Of a stretch of 29,177 bases of DNA, positions 19,049-26,618 are shown piece after piece. Source of the stretch: a virus (taxonomy: Duplodnaviria > Caudoviricetes); IMG/VR virus record IMGVR_UViG_3300030708_001743, positions 1-29,177 of that record; one strand, given 5' to 3'. The position numbers were made by a program, and so were the translations under genes. The notes beneath the pieces were generated by a model, which was given only the letters and a program-made list of their open reading frames with translations, ran no database searches and was not told the DNA's origin. How positions within the stretch are numbered: position 1 is the first letter of the stretch; each line of letters opens with the position of its first letter.

Positions 19049-19152
19049 AAACTTAGTGGAAAAACTAAGGAGCGAAGACCCCTTTTCCTAGCCCGCAAGG
19101 GAATTGCTGAAATTAAGATTTAGTTTTATTACTTGGAAAAACCACTGAGTTT
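19049..19152 (-). ncRNA. Structured intergenic motif, copy C
   Basis: AAACTTAGTGG/CCACTGAGTTT, AAAACTAA/TTAGTTTT; bulge ATTACTTGGAAAAA at 19128-19141. Confidence 0.55.
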
Positions 19153-19187
19153 TGGTGAGACACGTAAAGTGCCGAGTTTTATTTTAT

Positions 19188-19388
19188 TTAATTCCCGCCA
19201 ACGATTGCGGGAACTAATTCTACATCTGAAACATCATCCCAGTTTACAGCATTGATGTCACTACGATTAATCATTTCTCCATCAACAAACACCCAATGTG
19301 TAGCATGTTCGTTTATATGGTCCATAATTTCAGTAGTGGCTACTGATATTTCTGTATGTCCTGTTTCATTTAATATTCTTAGTTTCAT
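19188..19388 (-). CDS. Ubiquitin-like beta-grasp protein (ThiS/MoaD/SAMP-like) with C-terminal GG-N
   Basis: VFVDGE...DVELVPAIVGGN; the diglycine is followed by one extra residue. Confidence 0.85.
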   Translation of the reverse strand: MKLRILNETGHTEISVATTEIMDHINEHATHWVFVDGEMINRSDINAVNWDDVSDVELVPAIVGGN

Positions 19389-19390
19389 AT

Positions 19391-19627
19391 TCAATCAACC
19401 CTCCTATTTATTTCACTGTTTTGTTCGTTTATAAGCGTACCCTTTTCTTGTAATCTTTTACCCATTACTAATATTGTTTTCTCGTAATGTTCTACGATAG
19501 CCCCTACTTCTTGCATTTTAGTCTGTAACTGTTTAGCATATAAAGTAAGGGTTTGGTTGTTTTGTTCAAGATTAGAGTTTAACGCCTCTAGTTCTTCTAT
19601 TCTTGTTTTCATATCCTTTTTTAACAT
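19391..19627 (-). CDS. Coiled-coil protein
   Basis: Heptad-rich; likely start at 19627. Confidence 0.65.
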   Translation of the reverse strand: MLKKDMKTRIEELEALNSNLEQNNQTLTLYAKQLQTKMQEVGAIVEHYEKTILVMGKRLQEKGTLINEQNSEINRRVD

Positions 19628-19776
19628 ATTATTTCCTCTTTTATATTCAATTTGCATCCTGTTGGATTTTTATTTCTAAATATTTCCATACATTTCTTAG
19701 AACACATGACTCTACCGAATATTGTATATCTTTTTTCGGCCCACTCAATATTAAGTTTACAAATGTAACAGTTCAT
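19621..19776 (-). CDS. 51-aa Zn-finger-like protein
   Basis: Hand-translated MNCYICKL...VMCSKKC. Confidence 0.55.
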   Translation of the reverse strand: MNCYICKLNIEWAEKRYTIFGRVMCSKKCMEIFRNKNPTGCKLNIKEEIIC

Positions 19777-19806
19777 GCATCCAAGTTATAATATAGACTT
19801 TTAACT

Positions 19807-21213
19807 TTATTCTTCTCCTCCCGCTTCAGTTTCACTTTTGGGAAGATTTTTCAATCTTTCAATCTCTCTACTTGCTTCTCTCTTAGACCAATCTTTATTT
19901 GGTTGGCCTCCTAAACTTCTTACATATGCAAGTTGTTTTTCTGTAGCAGGTTCGGAAACTCGATTAACTATTTTAATGACTCTTGATTTTTGTTTTGAAG
20001 ACATAACTCGTAAACTATTTATCTTACGAATCATATCTCTCAAGAACGTTTTCTCCCAATTATTTTCCCCATAATCGGAGTTAAATAACGGTAAATCGTT
20101 TTCATCACAGAATACCTCAAATGCTTCATCTAATTTCTTTTGATGTTCTATTTGTTCTAGTCTTCTTTTCTCTCTACGAATGGCCTCTCTAGCCTCGTAT
20201 TCCTCTTGTTCCTTACGTCTTCTCTCTGCTTGTTCTTCTCTCTCTTTAACAACAAAGGCAACTCTTTCTGCTCTTTCTTCATCTTTAGCCGCAAGTATTC
20301 CTTTTTGTCTTTCTAAATCAAAGAAGAAAATCTGTAAGTCATTCCATAATCTTTGATTAGGCCACCCTCTTGTATCTTTTTGTGCAACACTTTCTTGTTC
20401 ATCGCCTCTTGAATAATTCCACCTTTCGGAGTAACTTAATTCTTGATATTTAGATTTCTTAATTCTTTCTCCAGTTTCATCATGATAATAAAACCATTTT
20501 TTGTTATCGGGATGATTCCATCTCCAAACAATAGAGGCCATAGCATAATCAGGTTCACCCATTTGACTTACAGCCTTTTTACGAATTAACTGTTGATGCT
20601 CATATCTGTTAGTATCGCTATCCCAATAGGATTCGCCATTTCTAACATTAACTCGTAAATCTGTTTCCTTAACAGCATTGAACCATTCTTCGAATTGTTC
20701 TCCCCATTGATTCCACCACCATTCTGCCTTCATAGTTTTCACTGATTCCTTAATCCATTCTCCGATTCTTTCTTGAGTAATCATATCGGCAGGTACATTC
20801 AAATCGGCTAATAGATGTCTTGCGACCATCCAAAAACCGATATGCTCACTACCCACTATTTCTCTTGTGTTGTTTTCAGTGTTTACTATCTCAAAATGCC
20901 AAGCGATTTTATGTCCACAAACACATTCATGTGGGTGTTTCTCTTGGTGGATAGCGGGTAATATATCATCGGCTGATTCTCTCATTGGAACATACCAAAT
21001 ATTACCAGTTGCTTTCCATTCAAGTTTTGCTTCTGCCCAATCATCTGATACGGATAGATTAGTTAGTCTTTCCTTCAATGCGATGTTATATGCACCAGTA
21101 GGATTAACCCACTTCTCATCTACCACATCTCTAAGAATTTGACCTACATCTATGTGGTCATTCGCTCCAACTCTTTCTGCTATTCCTCTTAATTCATTTA
21201 TATCATCAACCAT
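19807..21213 (-). CDS. Hypothetical protein with CxCGH metal-binding motif and coiled coil
   Basis: HECVCGHKI...VGSEHI; charged helix; C-terminal PATEKQLAYV...SKREASREI module. Confidence 0.75.
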   Translation of the reverse strand: MVDDINELRGIAERVGANDHIDVGQILRDVVDEKWVNPTGAYNIALKERLTNLSVSDDWAEAKLEWKATGNIWYVPMRESADDILPAIHQEKHPHECVCGHKIAWHFEIVNTENNTREIVGSEHIGFWMVARHLLADLNVPADMITQERIGEWIKESVKTMKAEWWWNQWGEQFEEWFNAVKETDLRVNVRNGESYWDSDTNRYEHQQLIRKKAVSQMGEPDYAMASIVWRWNHPDNKKWFYYHDETGERIKKSKYQELSYSERWNYSRGDEQESVAQKDTRGWPNQRLWNDLQIFFFDLERQKGILAAKDEERAERVAFVVKEREEQAERRRKEQEEYEAREAIRREKRRLEQIEHQKKLDEAFEVFCDENDLPLFNSDYGENNWEKTFLRDMIRKINSLRVMSSKQKSRVIKIVNRVSEPATEKQLAYVRSLGGQPNKDWSKREASREIERLKNLPKSETEAGGEE

Positions 21214-21476
21214 ATTATCCCTCCTACTAAAGTAACTTGTATTACCTGCATCATGAAACTAACTATTCTTACTGCTTCATATTCTGCCTTTTTATCATAA
21301 TAATCTTCTAAAACACCTTCATCTATATTATCCCAATCATTCATTATTTCATCAGGAGAATAAGGAAATTTTGGTCTATGGCCTTCTAATTTCCAACCTA
21401 ATTTTCCCCACTTTAATCTATATGGGGGTTGAGAAAAGGGTTTTACATATCTCTTTCTGTCATCCCATTGCATCAT
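21198..21476 (-). CDS. Hypothetical protein with C-terminal TM segment
   Basis: IVSFMMQVIQVTLVGGIIWLMI. Confidence 0.6.
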   Translation of the reverse strand: MMQWDDRKRYVKPFSQPPYRLKWGKLGWKLEGHRPKFPYSPDEIMNDWDNIDEGVLEDYYDKKAEYEAVRIVSFMMQVIQVTLVGGIIWLMI

Positions 21477-21630
21477 TCTTCTCCACCTTTAATCGCTTTT
21501 TGTTACGAAGGGTCTTTGCTATTTCTTTGAGAATCTTACCGCCACTTTTACCTGCTATCTTCCCTTCTTTATTAGAATAATATACTAAGTTACCATTTGA
21601 ATCAGTAAAGGCATGTCTATTTTTACCCAT
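21460..21630 (-). CDS. Small basic protein
   Basis: Likely start at 21630 (MGKNRH), overlapping the upstream stop. Confidence 0.55.
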   Translation of the reverse strand: MGKNRHAFTDSNGNLVYYSNKEGKIAGKSGGKILKEIAKTLRNKKRLKVEKNDAMG

Positions 21631-21959
21631 TACCAATCCCTCACTATAAATCCACCATCTTCGTATTCCCAAGTTTTAGAGTTTAATTTTCTAACTGGAA
21701 TAACTGATGTATAATCACTTACTTCATCTAAGTCTTCAAACTCTTTTCCATATGCTTCATTCAGTTCATCAAGACTTTCATATTCTGTATATTCACAACA
21801 AATTGCTATAGGGTCAAATTCTATTTGTTCTCCTAAATCTTCTTCTAGTTGTTCGAAGTATTCAAAGAGAGCAATCCTTCCCCAATAAGAAAAGTTATTC
21901 TCTCTATCTATCTTTACGAATCTATCTACGAATTCTGTTTGTGTTACTGTGTCAATCAT
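21630..21959 (-). CDS. Acidic hypothetical viral protein
   Basis: NFSY...LFEYFEQLEED...EFDPIAICCEYTEY; GAGGTGA RBS. Confidence 0.7.
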   Translation of the reverse strand: MIDTVTQTEFVDRFVKIDRENNFSYWGRIALFEYFEQLEEDLGEQIEFDPIAICCEYTEYESLDELNEAYGKEFEDLDEVSDYTSVIPVRKLNSKTWEYEDGGFIVRDW

Positions 21960-22099
21960 TTTCTCACCTCTAAAATAATATCATCATCTAAGTATCCTAA
22001 TAACCTTTGAATTAATGCATCTTTATTTCTGAAGATATAAACATGGGGCTCATCATCTTCATCGCATCCTTTCCAATCTGTTAGTATATATTTAGCCAT
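21956..22099 (-). CDS. 47-aa hypothetical protein
   Basis: Hand-translated MAKYILTDWKG...; fills the gap with start/stop overlaps on both sides. Confidence 0.55.
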   Translation of the reverse strand: MAKYILTDWKGCDEDDEPHVYIFRNKDALIQRLLGYLDDDIILEVRK

Positions 22100-22350
22100 T
22101 AAACATCCTCTCCATATTCAGTGTCCATAACATGAAATGCATGTTGGTCTGCTAAGTAAGCATCTAATAACTCATCTATTTTATCATAGAGACTTTTTGC
22201 TACTCCACCTATCATTTTTCTTTTCCAACCCATCCATATTTTATGGTGTGAGTTAAGTATTACTTTTGGTTCTGTATCCTCTCCAATAGTGATAACTATT
22301 GGCGGCATATCTTCTTCATCTATTAATCTAAATTCTATTTGTCTTTCCAT
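22099..22350 (-). CDS. Hypothetical protein
   Basis: Likely ATG at 22350 behind GGTGA. Confidence 0.65.
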   Translation of the reverse strand: MERQIEFRLIDEEDMPPIVITIGEDTEPKVILNSHHKIWMGWKRKMIGGVAKSLYDKIDELLDAYLADQHAFHVMDTEYGEDV

Positions 22351-22355
22351 TTTAA

Positions 22356-22595
22356 TCACCCAAACAATTGTGAATTATCCATTTGTCTTTCACCGTTAAA
22401 CTTACCATTCATAATTCTATGTAAGTTACCAGCGGCAGTAGGATGAATCGTTTTTACGTTATCCATAATTGCCCCTGCGGATAGTAGAACTGCTTCCCAT
22501 TCATTATTGTTAATAGCATCTACCATATTGTTTGCCAGTCGTTGTATCATGGAATTAAGTTCCATTTCTATATTCTCAAAGTATTCTTGTTTCAT
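22356..22595 (-). CDS. Hypothetical protein
   Basis: 79-aa ORF overlapping the upstream stop. Confidence 0.65.
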   Translation of the reverse strand: MKQEYFENIEMELNSMIQRLANNMVDAINNNEWEAVLLSAGAIMDNVKTIHPTAAGNLHRIMNGKFNGERQMDNSQLFG

Positions 22596-23233
22596 TTTAA
22601 TCTCTCCTTTTGTATTTGTTTTAATCTTTCATTTTCTAAATGTAATTTGTTTTGTCTTTCTATTAGTTTATTGAACTTATGTCCTTTAGGCCACCAACTA
22701 GGTTCTCTCGATTGAGGCCATTCGGCAAACTCCCATTTACCCTCTAAGTAGTAGTGCCTGTAAGAGTCTATCACATACTCCCAACAGTGACTATCATAGT
22801 TATTAGGTATTCTGTATTTATCTAACATTGCTATGTTAACTGGGGTTGCTTCATGTATGTTACCACTTACTAACTTAGATATATCTTGTATTCTTTTTTC
22901 ACTTCCATGAACTTTATTATATCTAAAAGTGAACTCTTCACATAAAGCCATACCATGCTCATATAACCACTTAGTATTGTGATTACTTTCTCTAGCCCAT
23001 ATAGTGCTAGGATGATTGAGCATTGCTGGTTTCATCAATGAAGAATCTATATCTGTATGATATTGTTTTAATTGTCTTAATGATGGTTCTTCACCATACT
23101 TATCTACATACTCGTTAAACAACACATTCGTGTGTAACATCTGACAAGTCTCTGTTGGCATTTTAACCACATGTTTATTCAGCATTTCTTTAGCCGCTTT
23201 TACTGGATTTTCCGATAGTGCAAATATATTCAT
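22592..23233 (-). CDS. Pyrimidine-dimer DNA glycosylase family protein (T4 endonuclease V-related)
   Basis: MNIFAL...KHVVKMPTETCQML...NHPSTIWARES...YRHYY...K. Confidence 0.75.
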   Translation of the reverse strand: MNIFALSENPVKAAKEMLNKHVVKMPTETCQMLHTNVLFNEYVDKYGEEPSLRQLKQYHTDIDSSLMKPAMLNHPSTIWARESNHNTKWLYEHGMALCEEFTFRYNKVHGSEKRIQDISKLVSGNIHEATPVNIAMLDKYRIPNNYDSHCWEYVIDSYRHYYLEGKWEFAEWPQSREPSWWPKGHKFNKLIERQNKLHLENERLKQIQKERLK

Positions 23234-23454
23234 TTTGTCTCACCTTTTTCTATAGAAGTTAATACCGCCCTTTCATGCAGAGGTCCAATTGGTCAACCAA
23301 AAGGTTTTAGGTGCAATCAAGATTATCTATCCCTAAACAATAGTTTTGTACCTTTTCTATAGAATGTTTTACTGCTATTCATTACTCGGTTTTAACGCCT
23401 TTCAATCCTTTTCCGTTACTCGTTCTATAGATAAGTGGTGGCATAACTTATTCT

Positions 23455-23718
23455 TTAACCTCTAATCGCTATTAGTAATAATACTAAATAGCCTATTAAA
23501 TCTAATATAACATCCTCATCACTTTCTATAGAATCGTCACCTTGTAACAACCTATTCAACTTATCATCAATTCTTATTCGGATTAAATCCTCTGCTGAAC
23601 CCTTAGCAAATATACCAGTTGGGTTTAGCGCCGAATCGCCATATTGTTTGTTTTTAGCGATAAGTAAGTCTAATACTTCTTTCATTGTTTTTCTAATTTT
23701 ATCTTGTGTTTCTTTCAT
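23455..23718 (-). CDS. Nucleotide-modification-associated domain 1 (DUF1599-like) protein
   Basis: KNKQYGDS...IRIDDKLNRL...ESDEDVILDLIGYLVL. Confidence 0.75.
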   Translation of the reverse strand: MKETQDKIRKTMKEVLDLLIAKNKQYGDSALNPTGIFAKGSAEDLIRIRIDDKLNRLLQGDDSIESDEDVILDLIGYLVLLLIAIRG

Positions 23719-24059
23719 ATTATTGTCTCCTTTATAGGTTTCTTTTCTGTGTATTTTTCATATTCTTCATAGAATTCTAAAGTAGTTTCGTAACCCACCC
23801 ATTTAATCATAAATTGTTTAAGATGAGTTTCTTTTTGTTTCATTAATTTTTCTTGTTCTTTTTTCCATTCAATCCAACTTATAGTTTGTTGTAAGTTCAT
23901 ACCTTTTGGTTTTGATAATGCTCCTCTTAGTTGCTTGTAAGTTATATTATATCGGTTTTTTAATTTTCTGAATTTTAATTCTAAATCAAGCACTTGTTCT
24001 TTCCATTCATTGTTTTCTCTTTTGAGATTTACAATTTGTTCTTTTAGGTTTTCTTTCAT
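23715..24059 (-). CDS. Coiled-coil hypothetical protein (first gene of the leftward block)
   Basis: ATG at 24059 behind AGGTGA. Confidence 0.65.
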   Translation of the reverse strand: MKENLKEQIVNLKRENNEWKEQVLDLELKFRKLKNRYNITYKQLRGALSKPKGMNLQQTISWIEWKKEQEKLMKQKETHLKQFMIKWVGYETTLEFYEEYEKYTEKKPIKETII

Positions 24060-24071
24060 ATTAATCACCTG

Positions 24072-24592
24072 TAGGTGGGAAGGTAGGGATGACGACCTAA
24101 CATCTCGTGGTGTTAGTCTAAACGGAGTTCCCTAATTTACTACCCTACCTCCCCTGTAAACTAAGGAATGTAAAGTGGAATGGGGGGAGTCATAAAAGGC
24201 TATAAACGGGCCTATCCACACTCTCCCCCCACCCCTTAAAGGATGTATAATAGTGTGGACTTTAATATCTTATGATTGATAGTTAATAAAGTTGGGGTGG
24301 TATCACAACATGAATTCTGTAATGCCTCAAACACATCATACCGCAAAAAAAATAGTCTTAAGGCATTTCTACGGATGATACCGAATTACCTAGAATTTCG
24401 GGCCATTTAACTCCCGATATACTAGAACCCTTGAATATAACCAATAAGGAAAAGGGAAAGAACCAATGACATGAATTCTGTAATGTCGCCAACTCATCAT
24501 ACCGCATTAATACAATCTTTACGACATTCCTACGGATTAGTTCTCTGCTTGAAAGGAGATGTTCTCCCTTTATTACTTTGCAAACCTTATTG
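24072..24592 (-). ncRNA. Long structured leader or ncRNA
   Basis: No ORF and successive stems: 24077-24153, 24181-24231, 24299-24382, 24442-24592. The last is copy D of the bulge motif, bulge ATTACTTTGCAAA at 24572-24584. Confidence 0.6.
24308..24537. repeat. Two 69-bp imperfect direct repeats with compensatory stem changes
   Basis: 24308-24376 and 24469-24537; AATGCCT/AGGCATT versus AATGTCG/CGACATT. Confidence 0.9.
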
Positions 24593-24607
24593 AAATATAA
24601 TTTATTA

Positions 24608-24873
24608 TTCTCAGACGTTTCTCACATCTTTCTCAAAACTTTTCACCGATTATGTTTGAAATTTCAACACAATCAAATGTTTCTCACTTATTCTCATTAT
24701 TATCATTATTCTCACTTCTCACTCTATATATACAGTGTAATAGAAGTATAGTATGTAATATAATAATAATAAATATATAATAATAATAATAATAATGATA
24801 ATAATAAAAAAATCATACTATATGACTCAGAATCGCAATGATAATTCTCAAACGCATTGAGAATAATTGAGAA
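24608..24873. other. Candidate replication origin (TTCTCA iterons flanking an AAT-repeat unwinding element)
   Basis: TTCTCA at 24608, 24619, 24630, 24681, 24691, 24709, 24716, 24845; TGAGAA at 24858, 24868; almost pure A/T tract about 24757-24813; lies at the coding-strand switch. Confidence 0.5.
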
Positions 24874-25237
24874 TAATACGAATCTTATGAATATTTTATA
24901 CTAGGTACTAATATCTATATTAATATAATATATTATATAATATATAACCAATTGAATTTGATATAGTAAAATGGCTAACTATTTAGGTAGGTATAACTAT
25001 TACCATTTTGGGTGGTAGTAATTATATTTGTGTTAGGTTTTACTTAGATAAAAGAGGTCACTCTCCATGTGAGATATACTGTAATGGATAATCATTTCTT
25101 TTGTCTACCTACGGGATGTTAAATTGCTTATAAAAAAGCCGCACGGTCGGATTTTGCAAATTTACAACTTTAATGAAAAATCCATTCAAGTTTAACTACG
25201 TAACAACCATATGGTACGAGTTACTTTGTTAAGGAGA

Positions 25238-25246
25238 ACCTTAACT
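25238..25246 (+). promoter_or_regulatory. TATA-like box ACCTTA, cassette 1
   Basis: TTA lies 25 nt before ATG 25266, and no RBS is present. Confidence 0.65.
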
Positions 25247-25265
25247 AATTACGCTTGGCATAGGT

Positions 25266-25472
25266 ATGGACAAACAATGGGAAAATTTTCACGTAGTGAA
25301 CACAAAAGACGTAACGAACTTTAAACTTGTAGGTTGGGAAGGACCAGAACCAACAATAAGAAAATTAATGAAAAGATTAAGAACACAATTTCCACATAAA
25401 GAATGGAGAGTTGAACCATATAGTGCATATGGCTCTATAAAATGGATTCAATACAGACGGAGGGATTACTAA
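25266..25472 (+). CDS. Hypothetical protein (cassette 1)
   Basis: 68 aa, leaderless spacing from the promoter. Confidence 0.7.
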   Translation: MDKQWENFHVVNTKDVTNFKLVGWEGPEPTIRKLMKRLRTQFPHKEWRVEPYSAYGSIKWIQYRRRDY

Positions 25473-25643
25473 ATGTTTCAAAGAAGACATTATACTAAAA
25501 TCGCTGAAGTTTTAGCAGAAACTAAACCTGATAGCACCACTTTAGAATATTTAATGCAAATGTTCGAAAAAGATAACCCTAATTTCAATAGGGGTCGTTT
25601 TCTGAAAGCCTGTAAGGTGGAAAATGACGAAGTTGCGGGGTAA
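25473..25643 (+). CDS. 56-aa viral protein with DNPxFxxxRF motif (cassette 1)
   Basis: Hand-translated MFQRRHYTKIAEVL...FEKDNPNFNRGRFLKAC...; GGAGG RBS. Confidence 0.7.
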   Translation: MFQRRHYTKIAEVLAETKPDSTTLEYLMQMFEKDNPNFNRGRFLKACKVENDEVAG

Positions 25644-25726
25644 TACTCGCTTCACTTCTTTCTTGCAAAGCCTTCATTTAGTGAAACGAAAATGTATTAC
25701 CATATGGTTTGGCACTTTGTCCGCAG

Positions 25727-25735
25727 ACCTTAATA
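25727..25735 (+). promoter_or_regulatory. TATA-like box ACCTTAATA, cassette 2
   Basis: Same motif and position relative to the junction as in other cassettes. Confidence 0.6.
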
Positions 25736-25754
25736 CTAATTTGAATTACAATAG

Positions 25755-25995
25755 ATAGTCAAGTGGTGATTGAACCTTCGGGGAATATCATCATGCGATT
25801 AGAGCAGGGTAAACGAAATTAACCAATGCGACACGATGTATCACAGGGTGAGCCGTAAGATTGCAATTATATTACTAGTGTGTAATTGATGCACTTTCGA
25901 GAAGGCAACAGACTTGTAGAGCCGTCCCTCCGATTGCGATTAAAAGTAAGTTACTAAGGATAGATGCGCATAAACCTAAACTGTTCGGCTTAAAT
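25755..25995 (+). ncRNA. Putative structured RNA at the head of cassette 2
   Basis: About 260 nt without a plus-strand ORF after the promoter. TGGTGAT/ATCATCA stem capped by CC-TTCG-GG; CAATTATAT/GTGTAATTG stem with G-U pairs; GAGCCG/CGGCTT. Confidence 0.5.
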
Positions 25996-26019
25996 TCAAA
26001 AAATGTTAAAGGTGATAAA

Positions 26020-26166
26020 ATGAAATACCCTGAAAAATTTATAATGAGTGAATTGATTAAAATGACAAGTGCTGAATTAAGTGAACTTGAGTCATCATTA
26101 TACGAGGACTGGAATAGAGTAAACAAAGCACATCAAGTAGTGTCAAAAATAGAGGAGGAAGAATAA
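26020..26166 (+). CDS. 48-aa hypothetical protein (cassette 2)
   Basis: MKYPEKFIMSEL...; AGGTGA RBS. Confidence 0.6.
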   Translation: MKYPEKFIMSELIKMTSAELSELESSLYEDWNRVNKAHQVVSKIEEEE

Positions 26167-26268
26167 ATGGATGAAATATTAAAAGGGTTGTTAGAAGAAG
26201 TGGTTGATTTACATGCGTCTTATGACCATTTGATTAAACAGATATTACAAGTATTAGAAGGTGAATAA
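26167..26268 (+). CDS. 33-aa hypothetical protein (cassette 2)
   Basis: MDEILKGLLEEV...; GAGGAGG RBS. Confidence 0.55.
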   Translation: MDEILKGLLEEVVDLHASYDHLIKQILQVLEGE

Positions 26269-26270
26269 TT

Positions 26271-26474
26271 ATGAAATGGTTTAACAGAAAAAATACAGTT
26301 GAAGAAGTAGTTGAAAATACAGAACAAAGATTTGTTATTGAGGTTGGTCATAACCGTAATAATGAATTAATCATCAAGAAGATGAGAGTAAGTGGTGATG
26401 ACTTAGAACAATGTATTACCGATTTACAGTTAGCCCTGCAAGATTTCAAAGTCTTAAGGGCAACAGAACAATGA
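26271..26474 (+). CDS. Hypothetical protein (cassette 2)
   Basis: 67 aa, AGGTGA RBS. Confidence 0.7.
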   Translation: MKWFNRKNTVEEVVENTEQRFVIEVGHNRNNELIIKKMRVSGDDLEQCITDLQLALQDFKVLRATEQ

Positions 26475-26498
26475 CCCCACCTTCGGGCGAGTTCTGTT
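26462..26498 (+). terminator. 3' hairpin of cassette 2
   Basis: AACAGAAC/GTTCTGTT stem with CC-TTCG-GG. Confidence 0.5.
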
Positions 26499-26550
26499 AT
26501 GTAAGGTTCGGGCAAAGCGCAACCATATGGTAAGGCACTTTGTCAGTCGC

Positions 26551-26559
26551 ACCTTATAA
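26551..26559 (+). promoter_or_regulatory. TATA-like box ACCTTATAA, cassette 3
   Basis: 8 nt after the ACTTTG arm. Confidence 0.65.
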
Positions 26560-26618
26560 CCAATTAGACTTACAATGAGTGGAGGTCAAACAAGTTGAAT
26601 TAACTTAATTGACAGGAG

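Noticed and set aside
327-21580. Plus-strand ORFs in the track (e.g. 3487-3984, 10671-10997, 13514-13804)
   Set aside because: Antisense shadows of well-supported minus-strand genes, with no RBS or recognisable motifs.
24072-24156. Fifth copy of the 13-nt bulge motif
   Set aside because: A similar stem architecture can be drawn, but the loop (ATTTACTACCCTA) does not fit the WTTAYTNNGNAAA consensus.
24315-24395. Purine-riboswitch resemblance on the plus strand (TAAT...TTTCTAC...CCG)
   Set aside because: The P2 loop is far too long, P3 is not formed, the second copy lacks it, and the downstream genes are on the minus strand.
24490-24530. Hammerhead ribozyme or C/D-box guide RNA suggested by AUGAUGA
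   Set aside because: No CUGAUGA...GAAA core in the right order and no CUGA box D.
23240-25200. tRNA genes in the non-coding regions
   Set aside because: No cloverleaf with a GTTCRA T-loop was found by eye on either strand.
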